A stretch of DNA of 64,000 nt from Halobacteria archaeon (GCA_038869515.1 JAWCQZ010000008.1:12633-76632); one strand, 5' to 3'; shown: positions 41,787 through 51,721, counted from the first letter of the stretch. The notes: generated by a model from the sequence alone, not told the origin. Numbers and translations: made by a program.

Positions 41787-43379
41787 TCATTTGAGAAGGG
41801 CCCGGACAGCGGCCCGGGTCTCCGCCCGTGCCGCCTCGATTCTCCGCTCCCTCTCGGAGACCCACTGCCGGTCGTCCCGGAGGGTCTCGCGGGCGGCCGC
41901 CACCGCGCGGCCCAACTCGGCGGGCGACGGGCCCCCGCGCCCCCGCGCCTCCACGGCCCCCCGGGGGTCGAGGCACCGCTCGAACTCCTTCGGGCCGAAG
42001 CCGGCCGACTTGAGGGGGCGGCCGGTGGCCTTCTTGAAGGCCGCCTCCAGGCGCGGGTAGGAGGGGGCGTGGCCGAGGGAGCCGACGATCCGGTGGGCCT
42101 GGCGGAAGGGGATCCCGGTGAGGTGGGCGAGGGTGTCGGCCACGTCGGTTGCGGTGGAGAAATCGGCCCCGGCCATCCTCTCCATGAGGCCCCTGCGGAT
42201 GTCCATGGTCCGGACCATCTCCTCCATCGCCTCGAGGCAGCCCCGGGTCCCCCGGAGCGCCCGGAGGAGGAGCGGGGTCATCTCCTGGAGGTCCCGGTTG
42301 TAGGCGAGGGGGAGGTTCTTCGCCATCGCCGCCGCGGCGGTCAGGGCGCCGAGAGCGAGGCCGGCCCGGCCCCGGATGAGTTCGGCGGCGTCGGGATTAC
42401 GCTTCTGGGGCATGATGGAGGAGCCGGTGGCCCAGCCCGGGGCGAGGACCACGAAGCCGAAGGCGGGGCTCGACCAGTTCACCAGTTCCTCGGCCATGCG
42501 GCTGAGGCGGACCATCAGCAGGGCCAAGGCCGCCAGGGCCTCCAGCAGGAAGTCCCGGTCCCCGGTGGCGTCCATGGAGTTCTCGAAGACCCCGTCGAAC
42601 CCGAGCAGGCGGGCGGTGGTGTCGGAGTCCACCGGCCAGCGGGTCGAGGCGAGAGCGGCGGCTCCCAGGGGGGAGACATTGAGGCGGGGCCAGAGGTCGC
42701 GGAGGCGGGCGGTGTCCCGCCCGAGGCCCGCGGCGTGGGCGAGGAGGTGGTGGCCGAGGGTCGTGGGCTGGGCGGGCTGGAGGTGGGTGAAGCCGGGCAT
42801 GAGGGTCCCCGCCTCCTCGGTGGCCCGCGCGACGAGGACGGCCCGGAGGTCGAGGAGCGCTCTGTGGACGGCCAGAAGGTCGTCCCGGAGGGCGACGCGG
42901 ATGCAGGTGGCCACCTCGTCGTTCCGGGAGCGGGCCGTGTGCATCCTGCCCCCGGCGGGGCCGATGCGCTCCGTCAACTCCGCCTCGATGGCGGTGTGGA
43001 GGTCCTCCCGCTCCTCGAGGCGGATTCCGGCGACCCCGTCCCTCTCGATCGAGTCGAGGCCCTGCAGAATCCGGGCCGCCTCCGCCTTCGGGAGAATCCG
43101 CTGCTTCGCGAGCATGGCGACGTGGGCCCGGTCCACCCAGAGGTCGGCCGGGAAGAGCCAGGGGTCGGCCTCGAGGGAGCGGAGGAACGATTGGGGGGCG
43201 GCACGAAGTCCCGGGCCCCCCGGAAACCCTCCCGCCCCGTCGGCGCGGGCCTCAAACTTGCGTGCCTTCGGCACGCGTGGCAATCTGGGAGGCCCGCGCC
43301 GGCCCCATCGGGAACCCTCTCGTTTCGCCGGGACTTGCCATTTGCCGCTGCGGACCATAGAAGGGCCACGCCCCTTCAC
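41787..43379 (-). CDS. argH: Argininosuccinate lyase
   Basis: Fumarate-lyase signature …GSSIMPQKRNPD… and …TARSRNDEVAT…. The start is uncertain, around 43260-43379. Confidence 0.9.
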   Translation of the reverse strand: MKGRGPSMVRSGKWQVPAKREGSRWGRRGPPRLPRVPKARKFEARADGAGGFPGGPGLRAAPQSFLRSLEADPWLFPADLWVDRAHVAMLAKQRILPKAEAARILQGLDSIERDGVAGIRLEEREDLHTAIEAELTERIGPAGGRMHTARSRNDEVATCIRVALRDDLLAVHRALLDLRAVLVARATEEAGTLMPGFTHLQPAQPTTLGHHLLAHAAGLGRDTARLRDLWPRLNVSPLGAAALASTRWPVDSDTTARLLGFDGVFENSMDATGDRDFLLEALAALALLMVRLSRMAEELVNWSSPAFGFVVLAPGWATGSSIMPQKRNPDAAELIRGRAGLALGALTAAAAMAKNLPLAYNRDLQEMTPLLLRALRGTRGCLEAMEEMVRTMDIRRGLMERMAGADFSTATDVADTLAHLTGIPFRQAHRIVGSLGHAPSYPRLEAAFKKATGRPLKSAGFGPKEFERCLDPRGAVEARGRGGPSPAELGRAVAAARETLRDDRQWVSERERRIEAARAETRAAVRALLK

Positions 43380-43541
43380 CGAAAAAACCTTCGGTTAGAA
43401 CCCGTCGCAGCAAGGCGATTTTGCGGGGATGGGGGGGGCGCGTGCGTGATCGCCGGCGAAAACCGGGGTGGGGGGCGGGCTTGTGGACGGGGAGTCACGG
43501 CCAGCGACCCCCCGGGGCGGAGCCCCTCCCCCCGGCGACAG

Positions 43542-43615
43542 TGGGGGCGGTAGGATTTGAACCCACGAGAGGCGGGTCTGGAGCCCGCTGCCTTACCTGG
43601 CTAGGCAACACCCCC
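43542..43615 (-). tRNA. tRNA-Trp (anticodon CCA), no intron
   Basis: Folded by hand: acceptor GGGGGUG/CGCCCCC, D-stem GCCU/AGGC, anticodon stem GCGGG/CCCGC with loop CUCCAGA, T-arm GUGGG-UUCAAAU-CCUAC, discriminator A. Confidence 0.8.
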
Positions 43616-43651
43616 GTTCACCCCTAGGAGGAGGTTGGGCCTTATCACCTT

Positions 43652-44794
43652 TCACCGGGAGGCGCGTCGGTGGAAGAGCCCCGACAAGGCGAGACCCCCC
43701 GCCGCCAGAAGGAATTCAAATCCCGGCGAGCGGGCCGGAGCGGAGGGGACCGGAGTGAACGAAGGAAAAACCCCGGGAGATGGAGCGGGGGTTGGAACGG
43801 AAGATGGCGAAGGGGGGCTGAGGTCCCACACGCGGAGGGTCCCGTCGTCGGAGGCCGAGGCCAGGCGGGTCCCCGAGGGGTTCCACGCGACCGACCGGAC
43901 CGGCGCGGTGTGCCCGGTAAAGACGCGTTCGCCCTCGCCGGTGGAGACCCTCCAGACCCGAACCGTGCCGTCGTTGGACCCCGAGGCGAGCCGGGTTCCG
44001 GTCGGGCCCCACGCGACTGCGTTGACGACGCTGCTGTGACCGGCGAAGGTCCGGAACGGGGACCCCGACGGAATTTCCCAGATGCGAATCTTGGCATCCT
44101 GCGAGCCGATGGCCACCAGGTTCGCAAGTGGACTCCAGGAGAGGGACTCCACGCTCGACAGGTCTCCGCTCAGATTCCGGAGGCGGGTCCCCGTGACCGG
44201 GTCCCAGACCCGAAGAGCGGGCTCATCCGACCCCGAGACGAGGAGGGCGCCGTCCGGACTCCAGGCCACCTGGGTCACGTACTTCATGCTGTCCTTGAGT
44301 TCATGAACCGTGACGTTCGCGACAGGGTCCCAAATGCGGACGAACCCCACCACGACTGGGAAGAAGTCCCGGTTCGCACCGAAGGCGAGATGGGTCCCAT
44401 TGGGGTTCCAGACGGGGGAGGTGACGGGGCCCGGATGGAGGCCGAGGTCGCCCACGGCAGCCCCGGTGTTCGGGTCCCATGCGCGGAGGGTCCCGTAGAC
44501 CGGCGCGGCGCTCAGGTTGTTGGAGGCCGCTGCCAGTCGCTTGCCGTCGTGGCTCCAGGCGACGAACCCCACCGGACCCGCCCCTCCCGAGAGCACCTTC
44601 AAAGGCGCACCGGCGGTCGCGTCCCAAATCCGAACAACTCCGTCCACCGACCCGGAGGCGAGCCGGCTCCCGTCGGGGCTCCAAGCCACCGAGGAGGCGC
44701 CCCCTCCACCGGTTTGGATGACCCGTGGTTCCTGGCCCCAGGCAGGACCGGCCAGGAGGGATACCGCGAGGAGAACGACCCATAGGCTTCGCAT
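43652..44794 (-). CDS. Secreted WD40 beta-propeller protein with a PGF-CTERM archaeosortase sorting signal
   Basis: A signal peptide (MRSLWVVLLAVSLLAGPAWG) is followed by multiple WD repeats (…VRIWD…, …LRVWD…, …VRVWR…), a Pro/Ser/Thr linker, then …SPGFEFLLAAGGLALSGLFHRRASR (PGF motif, TM helix, basic tail). Confidence 0.8.
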   Translation of the reverse strand: MRSLWVVLLAVSLLAGPAWGQEPRVIQTGGGGASSVAWSPDGSRLASGSVDGVVRIWDATAGAPLKVLSGGAGPVGFVAWSHDGKRLAAASNNLSAAPVYGTLRAWDPNTGAAVGDLGLHPGPVTSPVWNPNGTHLAFGANRDFFPVVVGFVRIWDPVANVTVHELKDSMKYVTQVAWSPDGALLVSGSDEPALRVWDPVTGTRLRNLSGDLSSVESLSWSPLANLVAIGSQDAKIRIWEIPSGSPFRTFAGHSSVVNAVAWGPTGTRLASGSNDGTVRVWRVSTGEGERVFTGHTAPVRSVAWNPSGTRLASASDDGTLRVWDLSPPSPSSVPTPAPSPGVFPSFTPVPSAPARSPGFEFLLAAGGLALSGLFHRRASR

Positions 44795-45080
44795 CCCCCG
44801 GGTGTTGTGGGACGTTTTAAAACCGTTGGGGCGGGAGGCTCTCGCCACGGAGGGGCCAAAGGGATTTAGAGCCCCGGGGAGAGGAGGGCCATGGCCGCCT
44901 CCCGCCCCCCCTGGGCCTCCCCCGCCGCCGAACTGGCCGGCTCCCCCCTCTGGGAGCACCGGTGCGACCCCTGCAAGGTGGTCGTGAAGCACTTCGGCCC
45001 CTGCGACGACACCTGCGCCCACGTGGCGGAGGCCCACGCGCCCCACGGGGCCCGCCACGGCCCGCTGAAAGGGTAGGCAG

Positions 45081-45509
45081 ATGCCCCCGCCCCGGGACTA
45101 CATCCGCCTGCTGCTCGAAGGGAAGGCCCCGCCCGCCCCCGTGATGAAACTGGTGGGCTTCTCCCTGAAGTCGGCCGAGCCGGGGCGGGCGGTGATGGAG
45201 TTCGAGGCCGACGAGCGCCACCACAACCCGGGCGGAACCCTCCACGGGGGAGTCCTCTGCGACGTGGCCGACGGCGCGATGGGGTTCGCCTTCGCCTCAA
45301 CCCTGAAGGAGGGAGAGAACTTCACCACCGTGGAACTCAAAATCAACTTCCTGAAGGCGGTCAAGGAGGGAAAGCTGAAGGCCGAGGGGAGGGTGGTGAA
45401 GCGGGGGAAGACCTTGAGTTACATCGAAGCGGATGTGACCGATGAGGAGGGGGCCCTGATCGCGAAGGCGTCGAGCACCGTCATGGTCCTGCCGGGCGGG
45501 AGCAGATAG
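45081..45509 (+). CDS. PaaI/YbgC-type hotdog-fold acyl-CoA thioesterase
   Basis: …HNPGGTLHGGVLCDVADGAMGFA… is the PaaI family signature. Confidence 0.8.
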   Translation: MPPPRDYIRLLLEGKAPPAPVMKLVGFSLKSAEPGRAVMEFEADERHHNPGGTLHGGVLCDVADGAMGFAFASTLKEGENFTTVELKINFLKAVKEGKLKAEGRVVKRGKTLSYIEADVTDEEGALIAKASSTVMVLPGGSR

Positions 45510-45511
45510 GC

Positions 45512-45832
45512 TCAGGCCTGCCTGGGCGCGGCCCTTTCCCCGGCGCGCGGGCCCTGCGAGAAGCCGCACTCGTGGCAGAACTTGGGGACCTCCTTCTCGA
45601 AGAGGGCGCCGCAGTGGAAGCACCGGGGGCGCAGGTCCCGGGTCCGCACCAGCCGCTCGCTGCAGTTTTCGCAGTAGCGCCCCCGGCCCGGGAGGCGGCA
45701 GGCGGCGCACCACCGCAGGTGGCGCTTCCGCCGCTCGACCGGCCAGTAGAGGAGGAGGATGAAAGCCACGAAGGCGCCGAGGAACGCGAGCCAGAGGAGG
45801 CCCGCGAGACCGAGGGCCTGGAGGACGCCCAT
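45512..45832 (-). CDS. Membrane-anchored double zinc-ribbon protein
   Basis: 106 aa from MGVLQALG… with one TM helix, then CAAC…CENC and CFHC…CHEC. Confidence 0.45.
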   Translation of the reverse strand: MGVLQALGLAGLLWLAFLGAFVAFILLLYWPVERRKRHLRWCAACRLPGRGRYCENCSERLVRTRDLRPRCFHCGALFEKEVPKFCHECGFSQGPRAGERAAPRQA

Positions 45833-45853
45833 CTTCCCCGGGAGGGTCGCGGG

Positions 45854-46156
45854 ATGAAGGTTTTCCCCTACGACGTCCGCCGGGGACCGATGGAGAAGCC
45901 GGCACCCCGGAAGGTCCGCCCCGCCCGGGTCGCCGCGGGAGTCCCGGTCCCGCAGGAGGTCCGGGCGGAGCTGGAGTCCCTCGCGCGGAGGCACGGGCGC
46001 CCCCTCGAGACCGTGGAGGCCCGATTCCGCCACATGGAGGGCTACGACCTCATCCGGGAGCGGTTCCAGGGGCGGCCGGAGAGGGAGCGGTGGGACTACA
46101 TCCTGCAGATTCTGGAGGAGCGGCTCAAGGACGAGGCCCCGGGGGCGCAAAGTTGA
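45854..46156 (+). CDS. Hypothetical protein
   Basis: 100 aa from MKVFPYDVRRG…. No domain recognised. Confidence 0.35.
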   Translation: MKVFPYDVRRGPMEKPAPRKVRPARVAAGVPVPQEVRAELESLARRHGRPLETVEARFRHMEGYDLIRERFQGRPERERWDYILQILEERLKDEAPGAQS

Positions 46157-46181
46157 AAAAGAGCCGCGCGCACGGCACTCC

Positions 46182-46628
46182 ATGCTGAAAGCGGGCGACA
46201 AGGCGCCGGAGCTTGCGGGCCTCGACCAAAACGGCCGGAAGATTTCGCTGGCAGGCAAGAAGGTCGTCCTCTACTTCTACCCCAAGGACGACACGCCGGG
46301 GTGCACCGTCGAGGCGTGCAACTTCCGGGACTCCAGCGACGAAATCCGCAAGCGGGGCTGGGAGGTCGTGGGGGTCTCGACCGACCCCGTGCTCTCCCAC
46401 AAGAAGTTCGAGCAGAAATACCGCCTCAACTTCCCGCTCCTGGCAGACCCCGAGAAGGAACTGACATCGGAGTTCGGAGTCCTCGCCCCCCTGGGCTACG
46501 CCCAGCGCGCCACCTTCCTCGTCGGCGCCAACGGCCTCGTCCTGCACGTCTGGCCGAAGGTGAGCCCGAAGAGCCACGCCGCCGAGGTCATCGCAAAAAT
46601 CGAGGAGCTCGACCGGACGGGAACGTAG
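46182..46628 (+). CDS. bcp: Thiol peroxidase, bacterioferritin comigratory protein (Bcp)-type peroxiredoxin
   Basis: …VVLYFYPKDDTPGCTVEAC… contains the peroxidatic and resolving Cys. Confidence 0.9.
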   Translation: MLKAGDKAPELAGLDQNGRKISLAGKKVVLYFYPKDDTPGCTVEACNFRDSSDEIRKRGWEVVGVSTDPVLSHKKFEQKYRLNFPLLADPEKELTSEFGVLAPLGYAQRATFLVGANGLVLHVWPKVSPKSHAAEVIAKIEELDRTGT

Positions 46629-48113
46629 TCACCCCCGCGCCGCGAGGATTTTGTCTGCGCATTCGAGCCCGCTCCGGGCCGCCATCTCGGTCCCGATGCC
46701 GCGTCCCCCGGCCGAGTCGCCCGCGAGGTAGAGCCCCTCCACAGGGGTCTCGTTCGGGAGCCGGTCCCGCCCCGCCTGGCCCACCAGGGGAGGGTTGCTG
46801 ATGGGGGGCCCGCCCGCCTTGCCGAGGAAGCCGCCGTAGAACCGGGTCGAGGGGTCCCACATCCGCATCACCTCGCGGGAGAGTCCCGGGAAGAGGCGGC
46901 GGAGGTAGGGCCAGGTCATCCCCCGGGCCCCCACGGCGAGGAGGATGTGGCGGCCCGGCGGGGCGAGGTCGGGGTCGAAGTGGGTCGGGAAGACCGCCCA
47001 GGCGATGCCGAAGCCGGCGTGCCCGAGAAGCCGGTTCAGCCAGAGCCGCCCCCGGGAGGCCGCCCCGCCATACCACCGCCCTTGGCCGCGCCGGGTCATC
47101 CGGGCGGCGAGGGCGGCCGGGAGGTGGCGGGATAGCCGCAGGAGCCTCTCCGCCCCCGGCGCATCGCCGGCCAGGTAGTTTTTCGCCTCCGCCACCCGCC
47201 CCCGGAGGGCGACGCGGAGCACCTCCCGGGTGTCGAAGTTGTAGGTGCGGACCGCGCGGACCCGCTCGAGGTAGTCGGCGGGGAAGCGCCCCTCCCCCGC
47301 GAGGCCGAAGACCGTCTCGCGGAGTCCAGCGGTGCTCACCACGACCGGCGCTTCCTCGAAGCCGCCGCGGGTCTCGACGCCCTCCACCCGGCCGCCGCGG
47401 ATGCGGAGGAGGCCGGCCGGGGCGCGCGTCCGGACCTCGCCCCCCGACGCCTCCACCGCCCGCCCGAGCGCCTCCGGGATGGCCGAGGCGCCGCCCCGGA
47501 CGTAGGAGAGGGATGAGTTCCGGAACACCTCCTGGTAGCACCGGATGAACTCGCCGGCCGCGACCTGCCCCGCCGCGGAGGTGGTGTAGAGGGTGGAGAG
47601 GATGGAGGGGACGAGGAGCGCGGGGGCCCCCACGGGATAGCGGCCGATGAAGGAGAGGAGGTCGGTCCGGTCGAGCCGGTCCAGCTCCTGCCCGGGCAGG
47701 GTCCACAAATCGCGGACCAGCGCCTCGTCCCCCGCCCCGAACTCAAGGCCGAAGGCGGCGTACATCCCCGCGAAGTCGCGCACCGCCTCCTCGACCCCGC
47801 GGCACCCGTAGCCCGGAACTTCCACCGAGGTCCGCCCCACCCGGAGCACGACATCCTCCCGGACGGCGGGGAGGAATTCGACCCGCTCCCCCGCCCGCCG
47901 CAGGGCCTCCCCCAGCACCCCCTTCTCCCCCGAGGCGAAGAGGTGGACGGCGACGTCGAACTGGAACCCCTCCCACTCCACGGCCGCGCAGGCGCCGCCA
48001 ACGGCCGAGTTCTTCTCCAAGACGAGCACCTTCAGCCCCCCTCGAGCCAGAGCCGAGGCGGCGGCGAGGCCTCCGACGCCGGAGCCCAGGATGACCGCGT
48101 CCCACCGGCCCAT
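46629..48113 (-). CDS. FAD-dependent phytoene-desaturase-family oxidoreductase (CrtI/CrtD-like)
   Basis: An N-terminal dinucleotide-binding motif …WDAVILGSGVGGLAAA…LEKN…GG… and a C-terminal …GLYLAGDSAGGRGIG… motif. Start at MGRWDA (ATG 48111-48113). Confidence 0.8.
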   Translation of the reverse strand: MGRWDAVILGSGVGGLAAASALARGGLKVLVLEKNSAVGGACAAVEWEGFQFDVAVHLFASGEKGVLGEALRRAGERVEFLPAVREDVVLRVGRTSVEVPGYGCRGVEEAVRDFAGMYAAFGLEFGAGDEALVRDLWTLPGQELDRLDRTDLLSFIGRYPVGAPALLVPSILSTLYTTSAAGQVAAGEFIRCYQEVFRNSSLSYVRGGASAIPEALGRAVEASGGEVRTRAPAGLLRIRGGRVEGVETRGGFEEAPVVVSTAGLRETVFGLAGEGRFPADYLERVRAVRTYNFDTREVLRVALRGRVAEAKNYLAGDAPGAERLLRLSRHLPAALAARMTRRGQGRWYGGAASRGRLWLNRLLGHAGFGIAWAVFPTHFDPDLAPPGRHILLAVGARGMTWPYLRRLFPGLSREVMRMWDPSTRFYGGFLGKAGGPPISNPPLVGQAGRDRLPNETPVEGLYLAGDSAGGRGIGTEMAARSGLECADKILAARG

Positions 48114-48168
48114 CTTCCTGGTGCGGAGCCTCCTGAAAGATGCGCTCTCCGGTCCCGGGCGGGCGCCC

Positions 48169-48609
48169 TCAGGCCTTGCCCTCTTCCTTGGGGACTCGGC
48201 CCGCCATCTCCTCGGCGAGGGCCAAGACGAGGGGGAGCGCCTCCTGCTCTCCCCGGCGCCGGTTCTTCCGGTAGGCCTCCAGGACCTCCGGGTGCTCCTC
48301 GATGCGGCTGCGCGCGATGGCCCGGAGGGGACCCGGGAGGATGCGGCGGGTCTCGGGGTACCTCTCCCGGACGCGGACCGCCATGAACCGGACCAGGCTC
48401 TCCTTGACGGCGTCCGCGGGGCCGGGGGCGGCGGGCTTCGGGGCATGGGCTCCCTCCCTGCGCGCCCCACTCTCCCGGGGCTTGGAGGCCTTGGACCCCC
48501 CCTCCTCCCCCCTCCTCGCCGCGGCGGCTTTGGGGGCCTCGGGCTCGGCCTTGGCCGGAGCGGGCTCCGGGGCCTGGGCGGTCTCGGGCGGAGCGGGTCC
48601 CGGGCTCAT
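48169..48609 (-). CDS. Hypothetical protein with low-complexity Pro/Ala/Glu N-terminus
   Basis: 146 aa. Its ATG overlaps the GPN GTPase stop (ATGA). Confidence 0.35.
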   Translation of the reverse strand: MSPGPAPPETAQAPEPAPAKAEPEAPKAAAARRGEEGGSKASKPRESGARREGAHAPKPAAPGPADAVKESLVRFMAVRVRERYPETRRILPGPLRAIARSRIEEHPEVLEAYRKNRRRGEQEALPLVLALAEEMAGRVPKEEGKA

Positions 48610-49361
48610 TCGCGCACGATGTCCTCCCCCCCCATATAAATCTCCTGAACCGCGGTGTAGAGGTCGGCGGCTCCCTCGCCGGTGGCCCCCGAGACCGGGA
48701 GGGGCGCCCCGAAGGCTCCGATGGAGTCGAGGGCCTTGAACAGTTCGGTGCTCACCGCGCCCGCCCCCTCGAGGGCCTCCCGGAGCAGGTCGCCGTCGGC
48801 GGCCCACGATTCGATCCGCGCCCGCTCCTCGGGCTTGAGGAGGTCCGACTTCCCCAGGAGAGTCACCGAGGGGACGGCGAACCGGAACTGGACCGAGCAG
48901 GCGAGGAGGGCGAGGGAGACGAAGCCGGCGGGCTGGCGGGCGAGGAGGGGGTCGTAGAGGAACGCGAGGAGGTTGGGGCCCCCCAGCGCCTCGACGAGGA
49001 GGCGGGAGGACTCGCGGAAGGCGAAGAGCTCGATCTGCCCCGGGGTGTCCATGAGGAAGTAGTCGGCCCGGAGGGAGTCGAGTTCTCTCCGGATCTCCTC
49101 GGCGTGGAGGGCGATCATGTCGGCGGCGAGGATCTGCCCCCCGTTGGGGCCGACGCTGTAGCGGTTCATCACGTCGGACAGCTTCACCCAGTCCCGCACA
49201 TCCACGTCGGGGGTGTAGGGGAGTCGCTCCGCGCCCGGGTCGAGGTTCACGGTGAAGGCGGGATATTTCTGGGCGTCCATCCACTCCAGGAGCGCCTTCG
49301 TGAAGGTGGACTTCCCCGAGCCCGCGGTGCCGACGAGGTAGAGGCGGATGTTGTCCTCCAT
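48606..49361 (-). CDS. GPN-loop GTPase (ATP/GTP-binding protein)
   Basis: P-loop GTAGSGKST, GPN motif …SVGPNGG…, and …DTPGQIELF…. Confidence 0.85.
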   Translation of the reverse strand: MEDNIRLYLVGTAGSGKSTFTKALLEWMDAQKYPAFTVNLDPGAERLPYTPDVDVRDWVKLSDVMNRYSVGPNGGQILAADMIALHAEEIRRELDSLRADYFLMDTPGQIELFAFRESSRLLVEALGGPNLLAFLYDPLLARQPAGFVSLALLACSVQFRFAVPSVTLLGKSDLLKPEERARIESWAADGDLLREALEGAGAVSTELFKALDSIGAFGAPLPVSGATGEGAADLYTAVQEIYMGGEDIVRE

Positions 49362-49487
49362 CGCGGGAATGCGTGCTGCCGTCAAAAGACCCTCGGTCCG
49401 CCCTCCCCAGCCCTGAATCCGGGGTCTCGCGATCCCCGGTTCCGGGCCCGCGTCAAGCCTAATAGGGGTCGAGGCCCATGCCCTCCC

Positions 49488-49874
49488 ATGTCCAGAACCG
49501 TCCTCACGGCCCAGGATGTGATGGTCAAGGAGGTCTACACCATCGGCCCCAACCAGAAGGTCGCCCTCGCCCGGCTCCAGATGCTCCGCCATGGCGTCGG
49601 CGCCCTGCCGGTCCTCGACTCCGACGGCAGCCTGCTCGGCATCGTGACCCTCCGGGACATCGACCTCGCCGGGCACGACATCGGCGACATGCGCATCGAG
49701 GAACTGATGAGCCGCAACCTCGTCACCTGCTCCCCCGAGACCCCCCTCCGGCGCATCGCCGACGACATGGTGAAGAGCGGCATCCAGCGCATCCCGGTGG
49801 TCAGCGGGCGCGGAAAACTGGTGGGGCTGGTGACCCAGACCACCCTCATCAAGGGGGCGCGGAACTACCTGTGA
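49488..49874 (+). CDS. CBS-domain pair protein
   Basis: Two CBS motifs (…VYTIGPNQKV…GALPVLDSDGSLLGIVTLRDI…, …NLVTCSPETPL…IQRIPVVSGRGKLVGLVT…). Confidence 0.8.
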   Translation: MSRTVLTAQDVMVKEVYTIGPNQKVALARLQMLRHGVGALPVLDSDGSLLGIVTLRDIDLAGHDIGDMRIEELMSRNLVTCSPETPLRRIADDMVKSGIQRIPVVSGRGKLVGLVTQTTLIKGARNYL

Positions 49875-51058
49875 GCCTCCGCAAGGGCTCCCTGAAGGTG
49901 AAATCGCTCCACCTCGGGAACCGGGTGGCCCGGAGGGTGCGGGAGGTCCCCCCGAGCGGCATCCGGAGGTTCTTCGAGATGGTGATCGGCATGGAGGACG
50001 TCCTCAGCCTCGCGGTGGGCGAGCCCGACTTCGCCACCCCGTGGCGCGTCCGGGAGGCGGCCATCTACTCCCTCGAGCGCGGCGACACCTCCTACACCAG
50101 CAACTGGGGGTTGCTGGAGCTGCGCGAGGCCATCGCCCGCCACATGGAGGAGGGGTACGGCGCGACCTACGACCCGAAGAAGGAGGTCCTCGTCACCACC
50201 GGGGTCTCGGAGGGGCTCGACCTGACCCTGCGGGCGGTGGTGGAGCCCGGCGAGGAGATCCTCTACCCGGAGCCCGCCTACGTCTCCTACGGCCCCAACA
50301 CGGTCTTCGCCGGGGGCGTCCCCCGGAGCGTGGTGGCGGAGGAGCACGAGGGGTTCGTCCCCCGGGCGGAGGCGCTCGACGCGGCGGCCGCGAAGGGGCC
50401 GGTGAAGGCCCTCCTGCTGAACTACCCCAACAACCCGACCGGGGCGGCCCTCGGCCGGAGGGAGATGGCCCGCATCGCGGAGGTGGCGGAGGACCGCGAC
50501 CTGCTCATCATCTCCGACGAGATTTACCGGGACCTGACCTACGACGGCAAGCCCTTGAGCATGGCCTCCTTCGCCCCCGAGCGCACCATCGTCCTCGGGG
50601 GCTTCTCGAAGGGGCAGGCGATGACCGGCTTCCGCATCGGCTACGCCTGCGGGCCCGCCGAACTGATCGCGGGGCTGGCGAAAATCCACCAGTACACCAT
50701 GCTCTGCGCCCCCATCACCGGCCAGTACGCCGCCATCGAGGCCCTCGCGGCGGAGGGGGAGACGCGGGAGATGGTGCGGGAGTACGACCGGAGGCGGCGG
50801 TTCCTCATGGGCGCATTCAGGGAGATGGACCTCCCCTGCGCGGAGCCGAAGGGGGCGTTCTACGCCTTCCCGATGGTGCCCGGCGAGAGTTCCGAGAAGT
50901 TCGCCGAGGGGCTCCTGAACCAGCAGAAGGTCGCGGTGGTGCCCGGGTCGGCCTTCGGGAAGAGCGGGGAGGGGCACATCCGCATCTCCTACGCGGTGGA
51001 GATGGGGACGCTGAGGGAAGCGGTGGAGCGGATTGGGAAGTACGTCGAGGGGAAGTAA
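49871..51058 (+). CDS. Aspartate/aromatic aminotransferase (class I, PLP)
   Basis: …LLNYPNNPTG… and …GGFSKGQAMTGFRIGY… are fold-type I motifs. The GTG start overlaps the CBS stop. Confidence 0.9.
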   Translation: MSLRKGSLKVKSLHLGNRVARRVREVPPSGIRRFFEMVIGMEDVLSLAVGEPDFATPWRVREAAIYSLERGDTSYTSNWGLLELREAIARHMEEGYGATYDPKKEVLVTTGVSEGLDLTLRAVVEPGEEILYPEPAYVSYGPNTVFAGGVPRSVVAEEHEGFVPRAEALDAAAAKGPVKALLLNYPNNPTGAALGRREMARIAEVAEDRDLLIISDEIYRDLTYDGKPLSMASFAPERTIVLGGFSKGQAMTGFRIGYACGPAELIAGLAKIHQYTMLCAPITGQYAAIEALAAEGETREMVREYDRRRRFLMGAFREMDLPCAEPKGAFYAFPMVPGESSEKFAEGLLNQQKVAVVPGSAFGKSGEGHIRISYAVEMGTLREAVERIGKYVEGK

Positions 51059-51160
51059 GCGCAGAATCCGCAACAAAAGGGCTCAACCGCAAAGCAGGGG
51101 CCGCAGCGCGAAGGCGGCCGTAGGCGGGAGTTACGAGAGAGTTTCCGAGTGGAGCGGCAA

Positions 51161-51721
51161 CTACGGCCGCTTGAACAACTGCACGCCCTTCCCCAGGATG
51201 GAGCCCCCCGCCGCGACGAGGATGCCCGCCCCGGCCGCCTTGATGGCGACGCCGATGGAGTTCTGGAAACTCTCGGCGATGGGCCCGAGGAGGGTCTTCC
51301 CGAGGTCGGCGCCTCCGCCTCCCCCCAGGAGGGCGGCGGGGTCGAGGGAGGGGATGTTGATGGCAGGCGGGGGCGTGTTGAACAACTGGTAGCCGAGTTG
51401 GAACGCGGAGTAGACCATGGCGAAACCCCCCGCCATGAAGGCGCCCCCGACCCCCTTGTCCACCCACATCTCGTGCTTCCAGCGCACAACGACCGGCGCC
51501 GGGTGGGCGAGTTCGTGGGCGAGGGCCGCCTCCAGCCCTGCGGGGGTCAGGGCGAGCCGACTCCCGGCCCGGGTGAGGAGCCCCTTCCCGGTCGCGGACT
51601 TGGCGAAGGCCTCCGCCTGCTCCTTCGTGGCCCCGAGGGCCTTTCGGGCATCCCCGAGCCTCCGCTGGCCCATCCGCACCGCGCGGAGGAGGGCCAGTTC
51701 GCCAGGCGAGGGCTCGGCCAT
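51161..51721 (-). CDS. Hypothetical protein: N-terminal wHTH-like region plus Gly-rich hydrophobic C-terminus
   Basis: 187 aa from MAEPSPGELALLRAV… (ATG 51719-51721). The C-terminus is GGFAMVYSAFQLGY…AGAGILVAAGGSILGKG. Confidence 0.35.
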   Translation of the reverse strand: MAEPSPGELALLRAVRMGQRRLGDARKALGATKEQAEAFAKSATGKGLLTRAGSRLALTPAGLEAALAHELAHPAPVVVRWKHEMWVDKGVGGAFMAGGFAMVYSAFQLGYQLFNTPPPAINIPSLDPAALLGGGGGADLGKTLLGPIAESFQNSIGVAIKAAGAGILVAAGGSILGKGVQLFKRP

